From Camelus dromedarius (lineage: Eukaryota): DNA of 64,000 nucleotides. The translations under genes were made by a program, and so were the position numbers. The stretch is from assembly GCF_036321535.1 (NCBI RefSeq), contig NC_087446.1:1242001-1306000 (forward strand), in the 5' to 3' direction. Positions 49,936 through 61,856 of this stretch are shown in pieces. The number at the start of each line of letters is the position of its first letter. The stretch's first letter is position 1. The notes under the pieces were generated by a model. The model worked only from the letters and a program-made list of their open reading frames with translations. It was not told the origin of the DNA and did no database searches.

Positions 49936-50592
49936 AAGAAAAATAAAAAATAAAGATTTACTAAAACACCAGAGAATAACAAACAAAAAATAAACAATTA
50001 CGAACTTAAACTAATGAAACAGGAAACAAAGAAATAGGGTCATGAGTACCAAAAGCTACCACTTTATCAGCACAGCAGAGCAGACGCTGCTCTGGCAAGA
50101 CTGATGGAAGGAGGGAGGGGGCCACAGACAGACGTTACTGAGAGAACGGAAGTCCAACCGCGGGAAAAATAGAAGCTTAAAACTAAGGCAATACTACGAA
50201 CAACTTTAACTCAATAATTAAAAACACGTAACCAGAGTGGAAATAACTATGAACAACTTTACCTGAAAAATTGAAAACCATCATCAGAGTGGATGATTTA
50301 CAAAGAATGTACCCAAACTGTTTCAAAAAGATGCCAAATACATAGATATGTAACTGTTAGATGTAAAAAGCGGCTTACACTTTTAACTGGCATTTCTGCT
50401 TCATAACCAGAAAAAGAATTTCAAATTTCCTCTCAAGGATCAGAAAACTCCCGTTTTATGTCAGATTTTTAAGAAATTAGGAAAAAAATGTTACCAACTC
50501 TTTTCATGAGGCTACTGTATCCTTGAGATCAAAATTAGATGTCAATTATATGGCGAAGAAAAAAATTTTAATTTACTTCTGTAACTAAATTC

Positions 50593-51049
50593 TGTTGCGA
50601 AAAACGTGTCACAGATCTGTGTGACAGCAACCTGGATCCAGGCGAGAGACCCAGCAACACCGGGAGAGCAGGAGAACTCAGGTTTATTACACCAGCGGGC
50701 CCAGAAGAGTTAGCACTCCAAGCTCTGGGCCCCGCCTGTTGGGTTACACAGGCTTTCATAGGCTGCCAGTCTACACTTTGCAACATCATATGCAAATAAG
50801 GTATAACAGAAGTTGACCAACCAGGAACAAGCTTCGTAGGAATAGACCAATCAGGAGTGAGAGAAATAACCAATCAGGAGTGAGGGAAATAACCAATCAG
50901 AAGTGAGCTCAGGGAACCAATAGCATTTTAGGGGTAAGTAAGCCGTTTCAGAGGCAAAAAGTGAGATAGGGCCTCTGGGCCAGGGAACTGGATGGTGTCG
51001 GCACGAGAGTGGGGGCTCTGCTGCGTTTTTTGGGGGGCTTCCCACCTCA
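50593..51049 (-). mobile_element. ERV1-type solo LTR, copy 2
   Basis: TG...CA ends; TSD ATTC (50589-92, 51050-53); four CCAAT boxes; ATGCAAAT at 50790-97; clearly homologous to 15013-15571. Confidence 0.92.
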
Positions 51050-51409
51050 ATTCAAAATTCACTAATAAAAGATAAACCAACCAAACGTAGAAATGTGTAA
51101 CAGGACGCGTGGGCCCTTCCCCCGACGTCCGTCAACCGCTCCCTCGGCCTCTCTCACGCCTGCACTGACGTGAAGACAAATCTGTGTTTAATACATATGA
51201 GACATAGAGACGTTTTCTTTGATCTACATGTTCGTTATTTTTCTTCAGATTGTAACCCACGTCTGTGGCCTCTCCCTGTCCCGGGGTCCCGGGCCTCATG
51301 GGTAAACCTGCCCTGATTTTAATGTTGTAAAATGTTTGAAAATAGTTCTGGGCAAAGAATGCTTCATGGTTTTGGTTTTGATTTTATGAAGCGATTTTCT
51401 TTCCTTTCT

Positions 51410-51718
51410 CTTTAAAATTTTTTATTGAAGTGTGGTTTATTCACAATGTTAGTTTCAGGTGTACAGCAAAGTGATCCAGTTATACAGATACACACGTGCA
51501 TTTCTTTTCTCAAGATTCTTTCCCATTAAAGGTTATTACAGGCTATTGAATCCAGTTCCCCGTGGCTGCAGTAGGTCCTTGCTGTTTACCTGCTTTATAT
51601 ACAGCCGTGTGTGTCTGTCAGTCCCCAGCCCCAGACTTGTCCCTCCCCACCTTCCCCTGTGGTCACCGTAGTTGGTTTTCTACGCCAGTGAGTCTGTTTT
51701 TGGTTTGTAAATAGAATC
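51410..51718 (-). mobile_element. Cetartiodactyla-type L1 3'UTR
   Basis: TTTTTATTGAAGTGTGG...TTAGTTTCAGGTGTACAGCAAAGTGATCCAGTTATAC...GGTTATTACAGGCTATTGAAT. Confidence 0.9.
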
Positions 51719-52389
51719 TGATCTGCAGGTCAGGGCCATCCCCCTCCCAACCCAGGAGGTGAGTCAGAAGGAACGTCGGGAACAGAGCGTCAGATGTCTC
51801 AGAGGAGGCTTCCCCTAGATTGTTCTCTTGGCCAAGCGCACGTTTACGTTTCTAAAACCAGCTCTGCGGGCAGCCACTTAGGAGGCGTTTTCCTGCAACA
51901 GCGGGGGCCCTCGTCCCCCTCGCAGCAGGGGCTCTGCCCCACACAGCCGCTCTGGGACAGCAGTGGGGGGACGCTGAAATCATCGCCCTGGAAGCCAGGT
52001 GGGGGCTCAGGGTCCTGGGTCTTGGGGTCCACCCTGAAACGTGGCTTTGGCCAATGCCACGTTTTAAAGGAGAAACAAACAACAAGAAGGCGGGGCGGGA
52101 GTGGCCAGGCTCAGCTCTGCCACCAGCCCGGCTGCGGGGGCCCGGGCGGGAGGGAGGCCAGCGGGCTGCTGGGGCGGCACTGGAGGGCTCCCCGCCCGCG
52201 GGAGGACAGGCCCAGGCCGCCCTGTGTGGCCCCAGCCCCCCATGGCCTGGAAACCGACCAGGGCTGGCACCGCTCTGCTCCCCGAGGGGGCCTGGGTGTG
52301 CGACACGTGCAGGGAAGCGCCTGCTACTCCCTCAGGCCAGCCTGCGGGGCGGCCGGGCGGAGAGCGGAGCTGACGCGGGAAGACGTGGG

Positions 52390-52793
52390 GGTGCGAGAGG
52401 AGGGCCGTGCCCCAGAGCTCAGCTCGGGTCCTGCCAAGTGAAAGAACTCAAGAGGAGCCACAGGAGTGAAAGCAGGTTTATTCAGACACAGGCTCAGTGG
52501 ACTGAGTGCAGGCGTCTCACTCGGCTGGGAGGGCTGCAGGCAGGTGCGGGGGTGACAGTGTCCAGGGGCTCGGTGACTTCATATGGTGACGAGTGGGAGG
52601 ACTGTTCCCACCACTCCGGGGAAGGGGCGGGGCCCGTTCAGGGTCAGCCTCAGAGCCGTCAGGGCGCCTGTGGGAGCGCCATTCACATGCTGATACACCA
52701 CCGGGAGCAGACCAGGAAGGTCACGGTCGCCTGGGGGTCAGCTCCCGCCATCTTGTGCTGACGGCTGTGCCCTGCCCCTTCCCTCCTGTCTCA
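52390..52793 (-). mobile_element. Older ERV1 (MER4-group-like) LTR
   Basis: AAAGAACTCAAGAGGAGCCACAGGAGTGAAAGCAGGTTTATT...CCGCCATCTTG...CCCTCCTGTCTCA terminus; left boundary uncertain. Confidence 0.55.
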
Positions 52794-53239
52794 AAGTCTC
52801 GGAGGAGCCAGACCCACACGGAAGGCCCCGGGTCTGCTCCGCCAGGGGCAGCCTGGAGACCTCACAAAACTGCTGGAACGAAGGAAGAGAAGCAGAAGAG
52901 ATGACAGCCAAGAGCAAGCCCTCGTGGCCGTTTGACACACAGGCGCCACGTCCTTGATTGCTCACCCTGGGGGGCTCGCTGTGCGCCCTTGACGGGCCTG
53001 GCGCTCTGTGTAAACCAAGAAGGTGACGGGAGTGGGGCCCTTTGCTTCCGAGCTGCTCCAGAGACCAGGCACGGCTGGTCCCCACTGTGTGGCCCCAACC
53101 TAGCCGGCTCGGCCCCTGGAGCCCGGGCGGCCACGGGGCAGGAAGCCCAGCTGCACGGCAGACCTGGGCGGGGGGCAGCCAAGAGCTGCACGGGGCCTCC
53201 CCCGCAGACTCAGGGACGGGGCCTCTAGGCGCGAAAAGT

Positions 53240-53610
53240 GAAGGCTTACAAACTGGAAGAAATCAGAGGCCGTCTTCATGACCTAATAACTCGGGAAGTT
53301 CTCTTATGCACAATCTGGAACAAAAATTTTTTAAATGACCTTGAAAGGAAGACTCCTGCACTGCCTACCACAGCCCCCGGGAAGGGGAAATTCAAACCAC
53401 AGACGGAGAGGTGCCTGCAGTGCGGTGACACCCGAGAAAGTGTATCTGAAACACGCAGAGGGTTCCTGTAAGTTAGGAAGCAAAACCCAGTCGTCTCAGC
53501 GGGCCCCTGGGCGGAGGACAGGGTGGGTCGTCCCAGAGAAGGGGATTTGGCGACCTAGCACAGGACGCGTTCTCTGTTCATCAAGGAAATCAAAATTCTA
53601 AAGACGCCGC
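53240..53610 (+). mobile_element. Old L1M ORF2 fragment
   Basis: CTGGAAGAAATCAGAGGCCGTCTTCATGACCT...TTCATCAAGGAAATCAAAATT. Confidence 0.55.
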
Positions 53611-54484
53611 ATTGCAGCCCAGGGTGAGCGGAGGGCAGGTCTCCGGTGAGAGGCCCCAGGAGCTGGGGGTCACGGGGACCCCAGGGGAGCAGCAGAAGCC
53701 AGCGCCAGCCCCGTGGGGGACGGCGACGGCGTCTCCTCATGAGGTGAAGTAGCGCAGGAAGGAGGGTCCCACGGGGCCGGCTGTCAAAGGCGAACAAACC
53801 TGCCTGAATGCTGTTGCTCCCCAGGTGGGACGTGACGCAGCTAAGATGCACGGAGGACGAGTGTAGCAGCTTTGACAGCTCTCAGAGGCAGGTTGGATTT
53901 CTTTCTTAAAGCAACGTGTACAGTGAAATGTACAAATGAAACTGTTTATCTGGTTTGCAAAACACAGGAAACCTAAGCCCACCACGCAGATACGTACGAA
54001 AACCTGGACACAGGGAAGTGGGGAGGTGAGGCCGCACTTGCTCTGGGGCTCTCCCGGCTCCAGGCAGAGGTCCCGGACGCAGACGGGATTCGGGGCGAGG
54101 GTTCAATCGCATTTTATTTCTTAGGGAAATATTTAAAGCAAATATTTCAAAAATGACTAAATCTGAGTGTTAGGAAATGGCTGTTTGCTGTATTATTGAC
54201 TTTCCTCTAGAGTTGAAATGTTTCATTTTTAAAAAGGTCAGAAAAAATACTGTTTATATACTTAATAGAGACTTCCTGGCTCCTCTGTCACCACAGAGAA
54301 GGGTCCCCGTCCCTGCCCAGGGTGGCTGGGGCGACGAGGCTGGCGCCCAGGTTGAGACCAGAACCGGACTCCTCCCCAGTTCATGCTTCATCCCGTGTGT
54401 GCGTGTGTGCGCGTGTAGATGCATGTGTGTGCGCATGTGTAGATGCGTGTGTGTGTGCATGTGTTTGCTGCGGTGGTTCAGCAG

Positions 54485-54620
54485 TCCCCACCTGCCTCCC
54501 CTCTGGAATGAGGCCCACAGGAAGGGGACACTGTTGGGGGCTGTTGCCCGTTGCTCAGGCCCCAGGACCTGGGACAGTGCCTGGTGCTCGGTGGATGCCG
54601 GGTGACTCGTGGGTGAGTGT
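54485..54620 (+). mobile_element. L2 3' end fragment
   Basis: CTGCCTCCCCTCTGGAATGAGGCCCACAGGAAGGGGAC...CCCCAGGACCTGGGACAGTGCCTGGTGCTC. Confidence 0.6.
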
Positions 54621-54920
54621 GCACGCATGCGCCCTGCTGTGTGTCTCTGCTCAGTCCAGTTTCAAATCTGTCTTATGACCCGGGTTTCCTGGAGACTCAC
54701 CTGCAGTCACGCAATCTGCCTGGCTCAGAGCCCCTGGCCCCCAGACGTGTCCTCACTGTGTGCTGTCTGGTGGCCCCACATTCCCGGAGACACATGCAAA
54801 GGCCACCTGCCACACCCCTCCAAGCTGCTGACATGGGCCGGGCGGTCTGCCAAGAAGCCGCTGCAAACGGGGGAGCCACGGGGCGAAGCACAGCGTCCAC
54901 CTGCGGGAGGTGCAGGCGAC

Positions 54921-55053
54921 AGGGAGGCGGGGGACCACGGAGAGGTGGGAGGACCATGGGGAGGTGGGAGGACCATGGGGAGGTGGGAGGACCACGGGGA
55001 GGCGGGGGACCACAGGGAGGCGGGGGACCTTGGGGAGGTGGAGGACCACGGGG
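54921..55053. repeat. G-rich 18-19 bp minisatellite, ~7 units
   Basis: Unit GGGAGG(T/C)GGG(A)GGACCA(C/T)G. Confidence 0.9.
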
Positions 55054-57136
55054 CTGTTTGGCGTCGTCAACACGCCCACCTTCAGCTTCTTAACCCCCAG
55101 ATAAACCAGCGACACTTGCATGTCTAGAACCTTGAATTGAACCGGGTCCAAGAGTGGGTGAATGTGGCTGAGTTAGGTACATGGTGAAACGGGAGGCTTG
55201 CCGAGCCCACGGCAGCACAAAAGTTGGGGGAAGAAAGGGTTTAGAAATGCCGAGGGGCCGAGGCGGGAGCCACACAGCAGTGAGAACAGAGAGGTTGAGT
55301 AAGGGGGCTCGAGGACTGGAGACACCGAGACAGACGCGTGTACCCAGAGATGCTGGCCATTTCCAAAAGGGCGCTGCACACGACACGGGCCATCACTGCA
55401 GGCGAGGGGAGGCCGTCTCACACGGAGTCAAAGGGACACAGAGGCAGGGGCAGCAGGTGCTCCCCGAGCCTCGCACGGTCCCCAGGAGGCCTCCGGGCGC
55501 CGGGCTGCTGGGGATTTTGGAGACAGTGAGACGGGCAGGGCTTGGCTGCTTCCGCGAGCCTGCCGGGCCGGCGACAATGTTCAAAAGCTGGAGATGCGGC
55601 AACTGAAACAGCTGCGAGGTTTTCAGGGAAGTTGCCCAAAACCACAGCCACTTACAGCTTCAGGCAGGAGACAGCGGGGTCCGTCTCACGCTTCCACCGA
55701 GGCCGTGGGAAATCCGCCCTCGCCCAGAAATGGCCACGCCGGCCCCTGTCCGCCCGGAGGCTCGTGGCGGCTGGTGCAGCCGTGTTCTCCAGAACAGGCC
55801 GCACCCGCGTCCCCGGGCATCGGGGCAGGGGAAGCGAACCCCACTCCGCCCGTGCGCGCAGCGCCCCGAGCACCCGCCCACGCCCACCCTGAAGGCCACC
55901 GCCTGGGGACATGCAGTTCCGGGTCCCTTTCATCAGTGGCTCCCCGTTGCCCTCTGGACTCCCCGGCCCGGTCGTGCACCCGGGCAGCCCTCCTGGGGCC
56001 TCCCACGCACTGCACATGCCTCTCACCTCAGGACACTGGCACCTGCTGTGGTTCCCGCTATCAGGCCTCCGGTTCCCACTCTGCGTGTGGCTGGGCCTCT
56101 GCTCTCAGGTGCAAGGTTCAGGACGCTGACCGGGCCCCCAGCCGCGCTCTGTGCTCTCTGTCTCCGCTCTCCTCACTCTCAGTGTTGCTGTGGCCCGTGG
56201 GCTGGGCCGCTGGCCTGTGTGCTCCCTGAGGCAGATCCTCCAGGCACCTGTCCGGTGGCAGGGCCGAGCATCCCGCCTGTGCACAGTGCCGCCTGCGTCT
56301 AAGGGACGGGCCAAGACTTCCTGAGCCTCCAGAAAACTGATGTTCACCCGGCCCTCCCTGCGGGGGCTCGGCGTCTCCAAGCCTGTTCAAGGGTCCGCTG
56401 TCCAGGGCCTCTGACCAGGACGCAGAGCAGGCTGGGCCCTGGGAGAGCCTTGGGCACACCCCAGGTCACTGGACTCAGCACCACCTTCTCCAGCCCTGGG
56501 GCCGTGGCATCCCGGAAGGGCCGTCGGCCTGGGGTCAGCGTCCCGCTCCCAGACGCCAGGGCGGGAGCGCGCCTCTCTCCACATGTGCTAATGAGCTTCC
56601 AGGAAATGGAAAAGAGAACAGAGAGTTCTTAAAAGAGTTCTTTTTATAGCTCTTCAATTTATGTGTATTTATTAACTACGTACCCATCACTAAAATCTCT
56701 TTGGAGGGTTTTCAAAAATTAAAGAATTGCGTCTAAAAATACCGACCTCGGTATTCAGCACGCAGGGATGGCTCCTGGGTCCCAGCGACGTCAGGGTGAG
56801 GGCGCGGCAGCCCGGGACTGCGCGGCGGCGGGGACGCAGGAGAGGCGTCCCCCCCACCTCTGGGGCAACAGCCCTGACGTGACCGTGCCCGATTTGGCAG
56901 GCACAGCAGGAGAATCTGAAGTCCACGCATTCTCTCCACTTTTCCATGTTTGTCTGTTCCCTGCATGAGCATTCACTGCTTCGACAAACACCGGGGGCAG
57001 CCCCACCCCGGCGCCGGGCAGCCGTGGGGTGGACGGGGCGCCCCACCCGCGCACGGCCCTGGCCGCTCAGAGCCTGTGCTGCGCCAGCCGGCCCCTTAGA
57101 GGATTCCGTCTTTCCTTCTGTGAGAACTGCTGAGAA

Positions 57137-57262
57137 GGGGGAGGGCGGCTCAGTGGGGGAGCGCCTGCCCAGCGTCCACAGGGTCCTGGGCCAGTGCCCA
57201 GCACCTCCATCACGAAAAGTAATGAGTACACCCAACTACCTCCCCCACAAAGAAGTTAAAGA
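57137..57262 (+). mobile_element. Camelid tRNA-derived SINE (Vic-1 type)
   Basis: GGGGGAGGGCGGCTCAGTGGGGGAGCGCCTGCCCAGCGTCCACAGGGTCCTGGGCCAGTGCCCAGCACCTCCAT...AACTACCTCCCCCACAAAG: A-box/B-box tRNA head plus the characteristic ACCTCCCCC tail. Confidence 0.75.
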
Positions 57263-57272
57263 TAAAAACTGT

Positions 57273-57500
57273 GCTGGGATTTTGAGATTTGCAGATACTA
57301 GCTACTATATATAAAACAGACTACGTGCTTCTGCTGTACAGTGCAGGGACCTGTATCCAATATGTTACAGTAACTTACGGCTTAAAAGAATATTCGTATG
57401 TCCCTGTATGACTGAAGCGTTGTGCTGGACACCAGAAATTGACACAACATTGTAAACTGACTATATGTCAACAAAAATAGATACATAAATTTAAAAAATT
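57273..57500 (+). mobile_element. Camelid-type L1 3'UTR
   Basis: TTTGAGATTTGCAGATACTAGCTACTATATATAAAACAG...CACCAGAAATTGACACAACATTGTAAACTGACTATA; TSD TAAAAACTGT at 57263-72 / 57501-10. Confidence 0.9.
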
Positions 57501-59231
57501 TAAAAACTGTCAAGGAAAGGACGGCCAGGTGCCAGCAAGTCTGAGGGGCCCTTGCTGCACCCGGGGGCGTGGGGCCGCCCCTCCCCGCGCGGGGCTCAGG
57601 CTCAGAGCGCGCGGCCCTCACCGCAGAGCTGGACGCGGGCGGCTGGACGTACGAGGACAGACCCTCCCTTCTCCTTTCCTCGGGAACAGGAGCTGAGCTG
57701 GGCTTCCCGAAGGCCAGGGGCCCCTTGAGCCCAGAAACGCAAGAGGGCCTGGTCTTCAGAAGCATTGTCCCTGGGCCAAGGGAGGGGTGCTGAGTGCAGG
57801 AATCGAGGTGGTGACCTGGACCCAGGGGTCCCCGGCGCTGGGGGAACCAGCTGGGGAGGCCAGAGCCTCAGCCCAGGGAGGCCACGCTGTCCCCGTGGTC
57901 TCCAGGTCTCCAGTGTCCTCAGGGTCACAGCCAGGAGGGAGGGAGGGATCCGCAGGTGCTGAGAAGTTTCTGGAGGACATGTGGCCGTGGGAAGCTCGCA
58001 TCTTAAATGCAGGAACCAGCGGAGGTCACCAAGGAGGGCAGGGCTGTCCCTCCTGGAGTGGGCGCAGACAGGAGGTGAGATCACACCTTCACTCTGTCCC
58101 CTGAGGGTCAGGGAGCTTGGGCTGGGGCGGGCTTGGCTTTCCAAGTGGCAGGAGTCCTGGGGGCCTGGGAGGGGATGCAGCCGGCCCTGGGCATTCAGCA
58201 GAGGATCGAGGACCCGCAGCGTGTGGAAAAGTAGCGGACTCCACGTGTCCTCTGAGCTCAAATCAGACATTTGCTCTGCAGGAGTCCCCTCGGGGAGGTG
58301 GGCAACGGGGGACATCCAAGGTGGAAGAGAGGGGAGTTCTGAAGAGTGGAAGCCCATTCACAGTTCAAAGTGGTCCCAACTTGACACTGCAGGCTCTCTG
58401 GGATGGAGGGGTTTGTCCTCACCGCGGACGCCACGGCGTGGAAGCACCAGGAGCCTTGGTCCTCGCACAGCCCACCCCCTGTGTCTTGCTCACGGATCGC
58501 TGGCTGCGGTGCACCTGCTCACAGCGCCTGCTTGGCCCTAGAGGTTTAGGCAGTTCACGCTGTGTCCCCCAACATCTCTACTGGGGCAAAAAGAGGTGCC
58601 TGAGCCCAGGAGACCCCCAGACGGGCAGAGGGAGGGGGGTTTGCCGGGCCTGCCGCCTGGGGTGCCCTGTGGTCTGATGAAGAGAGACCTGGCCCATTTG
58701 CAAGGGGACTCGGGAGACCTCGGCCACCCGCCCTGCCGGCAGCTGCCTTCGCATCTCCCACAGTCCTCTGCCTTCCTGGGCCCTTTCCCTGCACACACAG
58801 AAGGCAGGGTGAACCCCGAATCTGGGAAGAGCCTGGAATCTGTGGTGGCACCGCCTGGGAGGCAGGAGACAGGCCTAGCCCAGTTGGCCATGATTAGGGG
58901 GACAGTCCTGCCATCTCACCCCTCCCAGCAGGCGCTGTTCCTGTCCACTGGTCCTCCAGGAGCCCACATGGTACTCGGCAGCTGTGCCAGGTGTGCGGGC
59001 AGGGCACTCGGACCACGGCGCCCCGCCCAGCAGGCAGCCACAGCGGCTCACCTGGAAGGCACAGGGCCGCTGGGCCTCAAGAGCCATGACGGTGAAGCGT
59101 TAGGGGCCGCAGAGTCAGGGGTGTCCTCTGGGCAGGTGCCGGGGTTGCGAAGACTGTTCCCAGGGAGAGGAAAGACGAGAAAAGATCTGTCCTGGTCTGT
59201 ATCTGCTCCTGAAATCCTAAGATCTTGCTGC

Positions 59232-59376
59232 ATGTGCCCCTGTGTGTGTGCACGTGTGCCTGTGTGGGTGCGTGTGCACGTGTGCCTCTGTGTGTGTGCA
59301 CGTGTGCCCGTGTGTGTGCACGTGTGCCTGTGTGGGTGCACGTGTGCCTGTGTGTGTGCACGTGTGCACGTGGGTG
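59232..59376. repeat. ~20-bp TG-derived tandem repeat containing seven CACGTG
   Basis: Unit TGTGTGTGCACGTGTGCCTG. Confidence 0.9.
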
Positions 59377-59769
59377 ATGCCTCTCCATCTCTCCCCGCAT
59401 TGCTCTCTCCCCATGGGCAGCAAACCGGTGTCCGCAGAGTCCAGCCCAGTCCTGGTGTCCTGATTCCCTCACCTGCCGTCCCCGCCCACGGCTGCTCCGT
59501 CCTTCCTGCTCCTCTTTGCTCCGGGACCTCATCCAGGGCACCGCCCCCCGCTCTGTTTACATCATTCCCGTTCAAGCTGCAGAACTGGGAGGCGCACTTG
59601 CCCCTGAGAAGCACCTTCAGTGACAACAGCTTCTGCCCTTCAGCCAGGTCCCCACTGCCCCCTCCCCACCGTCTGGAGACTTCTGTCACCCGCAGGCCCC
59701 TTGTAGCAAGAGGGACTTAGCCACGTTCCACGGGAGAACATTTCCTACTTTTCAGCAGACAGAGAGCTC

Positions 59770-59970
59770 TGGAGATAACGTGCTTCTTAAATATTCAATA
59801 ATTATGTATTTAGGCGCTACCAACTGCAGAGAAAATATGCATATTAATGCGTCCATAATTACATAATAAGCACTTACTGTCAACTGCATCTCGCTGCCCT
59901 GCACTCTCTCCCCTTTATCTTAGAAAAACTTCTAGAGACCATGACCATTAACACTACAGTCAATCAAGCA
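59770..59970. promoter_or_regulatory. AT-rich island with HOX/PBX/MEIS-type motifs (candidate enhancer)
   Basis: ATAATTATG, ATATTAATG, CCATAATTAC, CTGTCA, CCATTAA, CAGTCAATCA. Confidence 0.5.
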
Positions 59971-61407
59971 GCAAGCGTTGGGCGACGTGGAATCAGGGCT
60001 TTGCCTGTGCACATGGGCTGGTGTCAGCGCAGGGGCCACACGTCTGGTCGCCGGGGTCCACGGCTCCGCCTGGGAGGTGGCACTTGGGGCGGGAGGGCCC
60101 GGGGCTGGAGCCATGTGGGAAGGTCAGCGGCAGAGGATGCAGGCAGAGGCTGAACCCACCCAAGTGTTGAGTAATTTGGGCAAAACCTGCGATTCTTCTT
60201 CTCAGGGTCTTCGGGGGCGGGCAGGGCCTTTCTCTTAGAGGAGCAGCATACGGCGGCTAGCCTCATGTTCTGTTTTTGATACATTCCACTCCCAACGCAC
60301 AAACAAAATAAAGAAAAGGGGAGAAAAAGCCCCACTCCCCTCATAGCTGGGGGGCCACAGGACCCCAGCCTGGCTGCAGAGATGCAGCGGAGCCTCTGCC
60401 TCCTCAGAGAGGACCTGTAGAGGGCGCGGACTGGTCAGCTCTTCCCGGGCCTGGAAAGGCAGACGGAATACTGGGGGCGCAGCTGCCCTGCTGCGTGCAG
60501 AGGGGCCGTGGGCGCGGCCGATGGGCGGCTGCCTCCTGCTGGCTCGCCGAGCCGCCGCGTGTTCTGGGCGGCTCTCCCTGACCCTCTTCTGTTCGAGAAG
60601 CGCAGGGCCCTGACGCTGTGGGACGTGCTCCTGGGCGAGGCCTCCCACCCGCGGGTTAGCGGGAGTCAGCAAGTTCTCAGCGTAGAAGCTGGTGTAACTT
60701 CAAGGTAGAAACGTCAGTCTCAGGCGTTGCTGGTCCCCACCATCCTGAGCCTCTGACCCCTCTGCGGGCAGGCCTGGGAGGAGGGGAGCAGGCACGCGCT
60801 GTGTCCTGGAGGCCGAGGGGCCCGCCGGCTCCCACGGCGGGACGCGGGGCCGTGTCCTCCAGCGCCCGCCCAGAGCTGTTTCCCCAAGCGTTGCTCAGAG
60901 TCGGCTCCTTCCCCCCCACCCCCGACCAAACCTCCCCGGGGACCACCGACCGCTGGGCGATGTCTGAGGACGTGCGGTGTCCCCGGCCCTCGTGTGCCCA
61001 CCGGCCAGCTCTGCGCGGCTGGGCCGCACGCGGGGGCTCCGAGGGGCCGCCTGTGGCCTCCCCGCTCTCCTGAGCACCCTGTTGTCTCCTTCTCAGAGCT
61101 CTGCTCGGGGCCCTCATTCTGCGCAGCAGAACCGGGCTGAGGGGCCAGCAGCTCCCCCCGGCCCGTCCTTAGCCCGGGAGCTAACGCGGTCCTTTCCCGC
61201 GTTTGCGGAAACACAGAAAAGGCGGGAGTTTCCCTCATCTGGCTTGATCGGCGCCGGGGAGGGGGCGGGGGGGGGGGCTGGCAGTGCAGACGCTGGAGGA
61301 GCCCCGCCGCCCCTCAGGGTCCACGGGAGCCACACACGGTGCAGGTGCTCCCCCGGCTTCTCTGCCCCCGCCCAGCTCTGCCCCAGACGCCCGGTCTTCA
61401 CTCTCCC

Positions 61408-61856
61408 TGAGGCGGGAAGCCCCATAAAAAGACCGGCAGGACCCCCAGCAGGGCCGCTGCTCTCCTGCCAGCACCACCCGGTTCCCGGACCCGGAGGCTC
61501 TATCTCACTTTTTGCCTCTGAAACAGCTTACTTACACCTAAAATCTTATTGGTTCCCTGAGCTCACTCCTGATTGGTTATTTGTCTCCCTCCTGATTGGT
61601 GTATTTCTACAAAGCTTGTTCCTAATTAGTCAACTTTTTTACACCTCATTTGCATAGGATGTTGCAGAGGGCAGACTGGCAGCCTATAAAAGCCTGTGTA
61701 ACCCAACAGGCGGGGCCCAGAGCTTGGAGTGTTAACGCCTTTGGGCCCGCTGGCGTAATAAACCCGAGTTCTCCACCCTCTGAGTGCTGCCTGGTCTCTC
61801 ACCCGGCTCCAGGTTGCTGTCGCAAACTGAGCTGTGACACAATTTTTCCTGCAACA
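61408..61856 (+). mobile_element. ERV1-type solo LTR, copy 3
   Basis: TGAGGCGGG...GCAACA; TSD TCCC (61404-07, 61857-60); three ATTGG; ATTTGCAT 61648-55; TATAAAA 61685-91; AATAAA 61757-62. Confidence 0.93.

Larger units (their letters stand above)
48990..51110 (+). mobile_element. Ancient L1M ORF2 fragments, interrupted by an AT-rich tract and ERV LTR copy 2
   Basis: EN-like ACCCAGTGATGCTTACAAGAG; AATACTACGAACAACTTT; TTACCAACTCTTTTCATGAGGCTACTGTATCCTTG. Confidence 0.6.

Noticed and set aside
15013..51049. LTR copies 1 and 2 as the two ends of one 36-kb provirus or composite element
   Set aside because: Each LTR has its own distinct matched TSD; no PBS or matching gag/pol lies between them
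57137..57215. tRNA gene
   Set aside because: Degenerate B box and SINE tail; better explained as a tRNA-derived SINE
58596..59720. 374-aa ORF with Cys/Val repeats
   Set aside because: The Cys-Val segment is the TG tandem repeat; the rest is GC-rich noise
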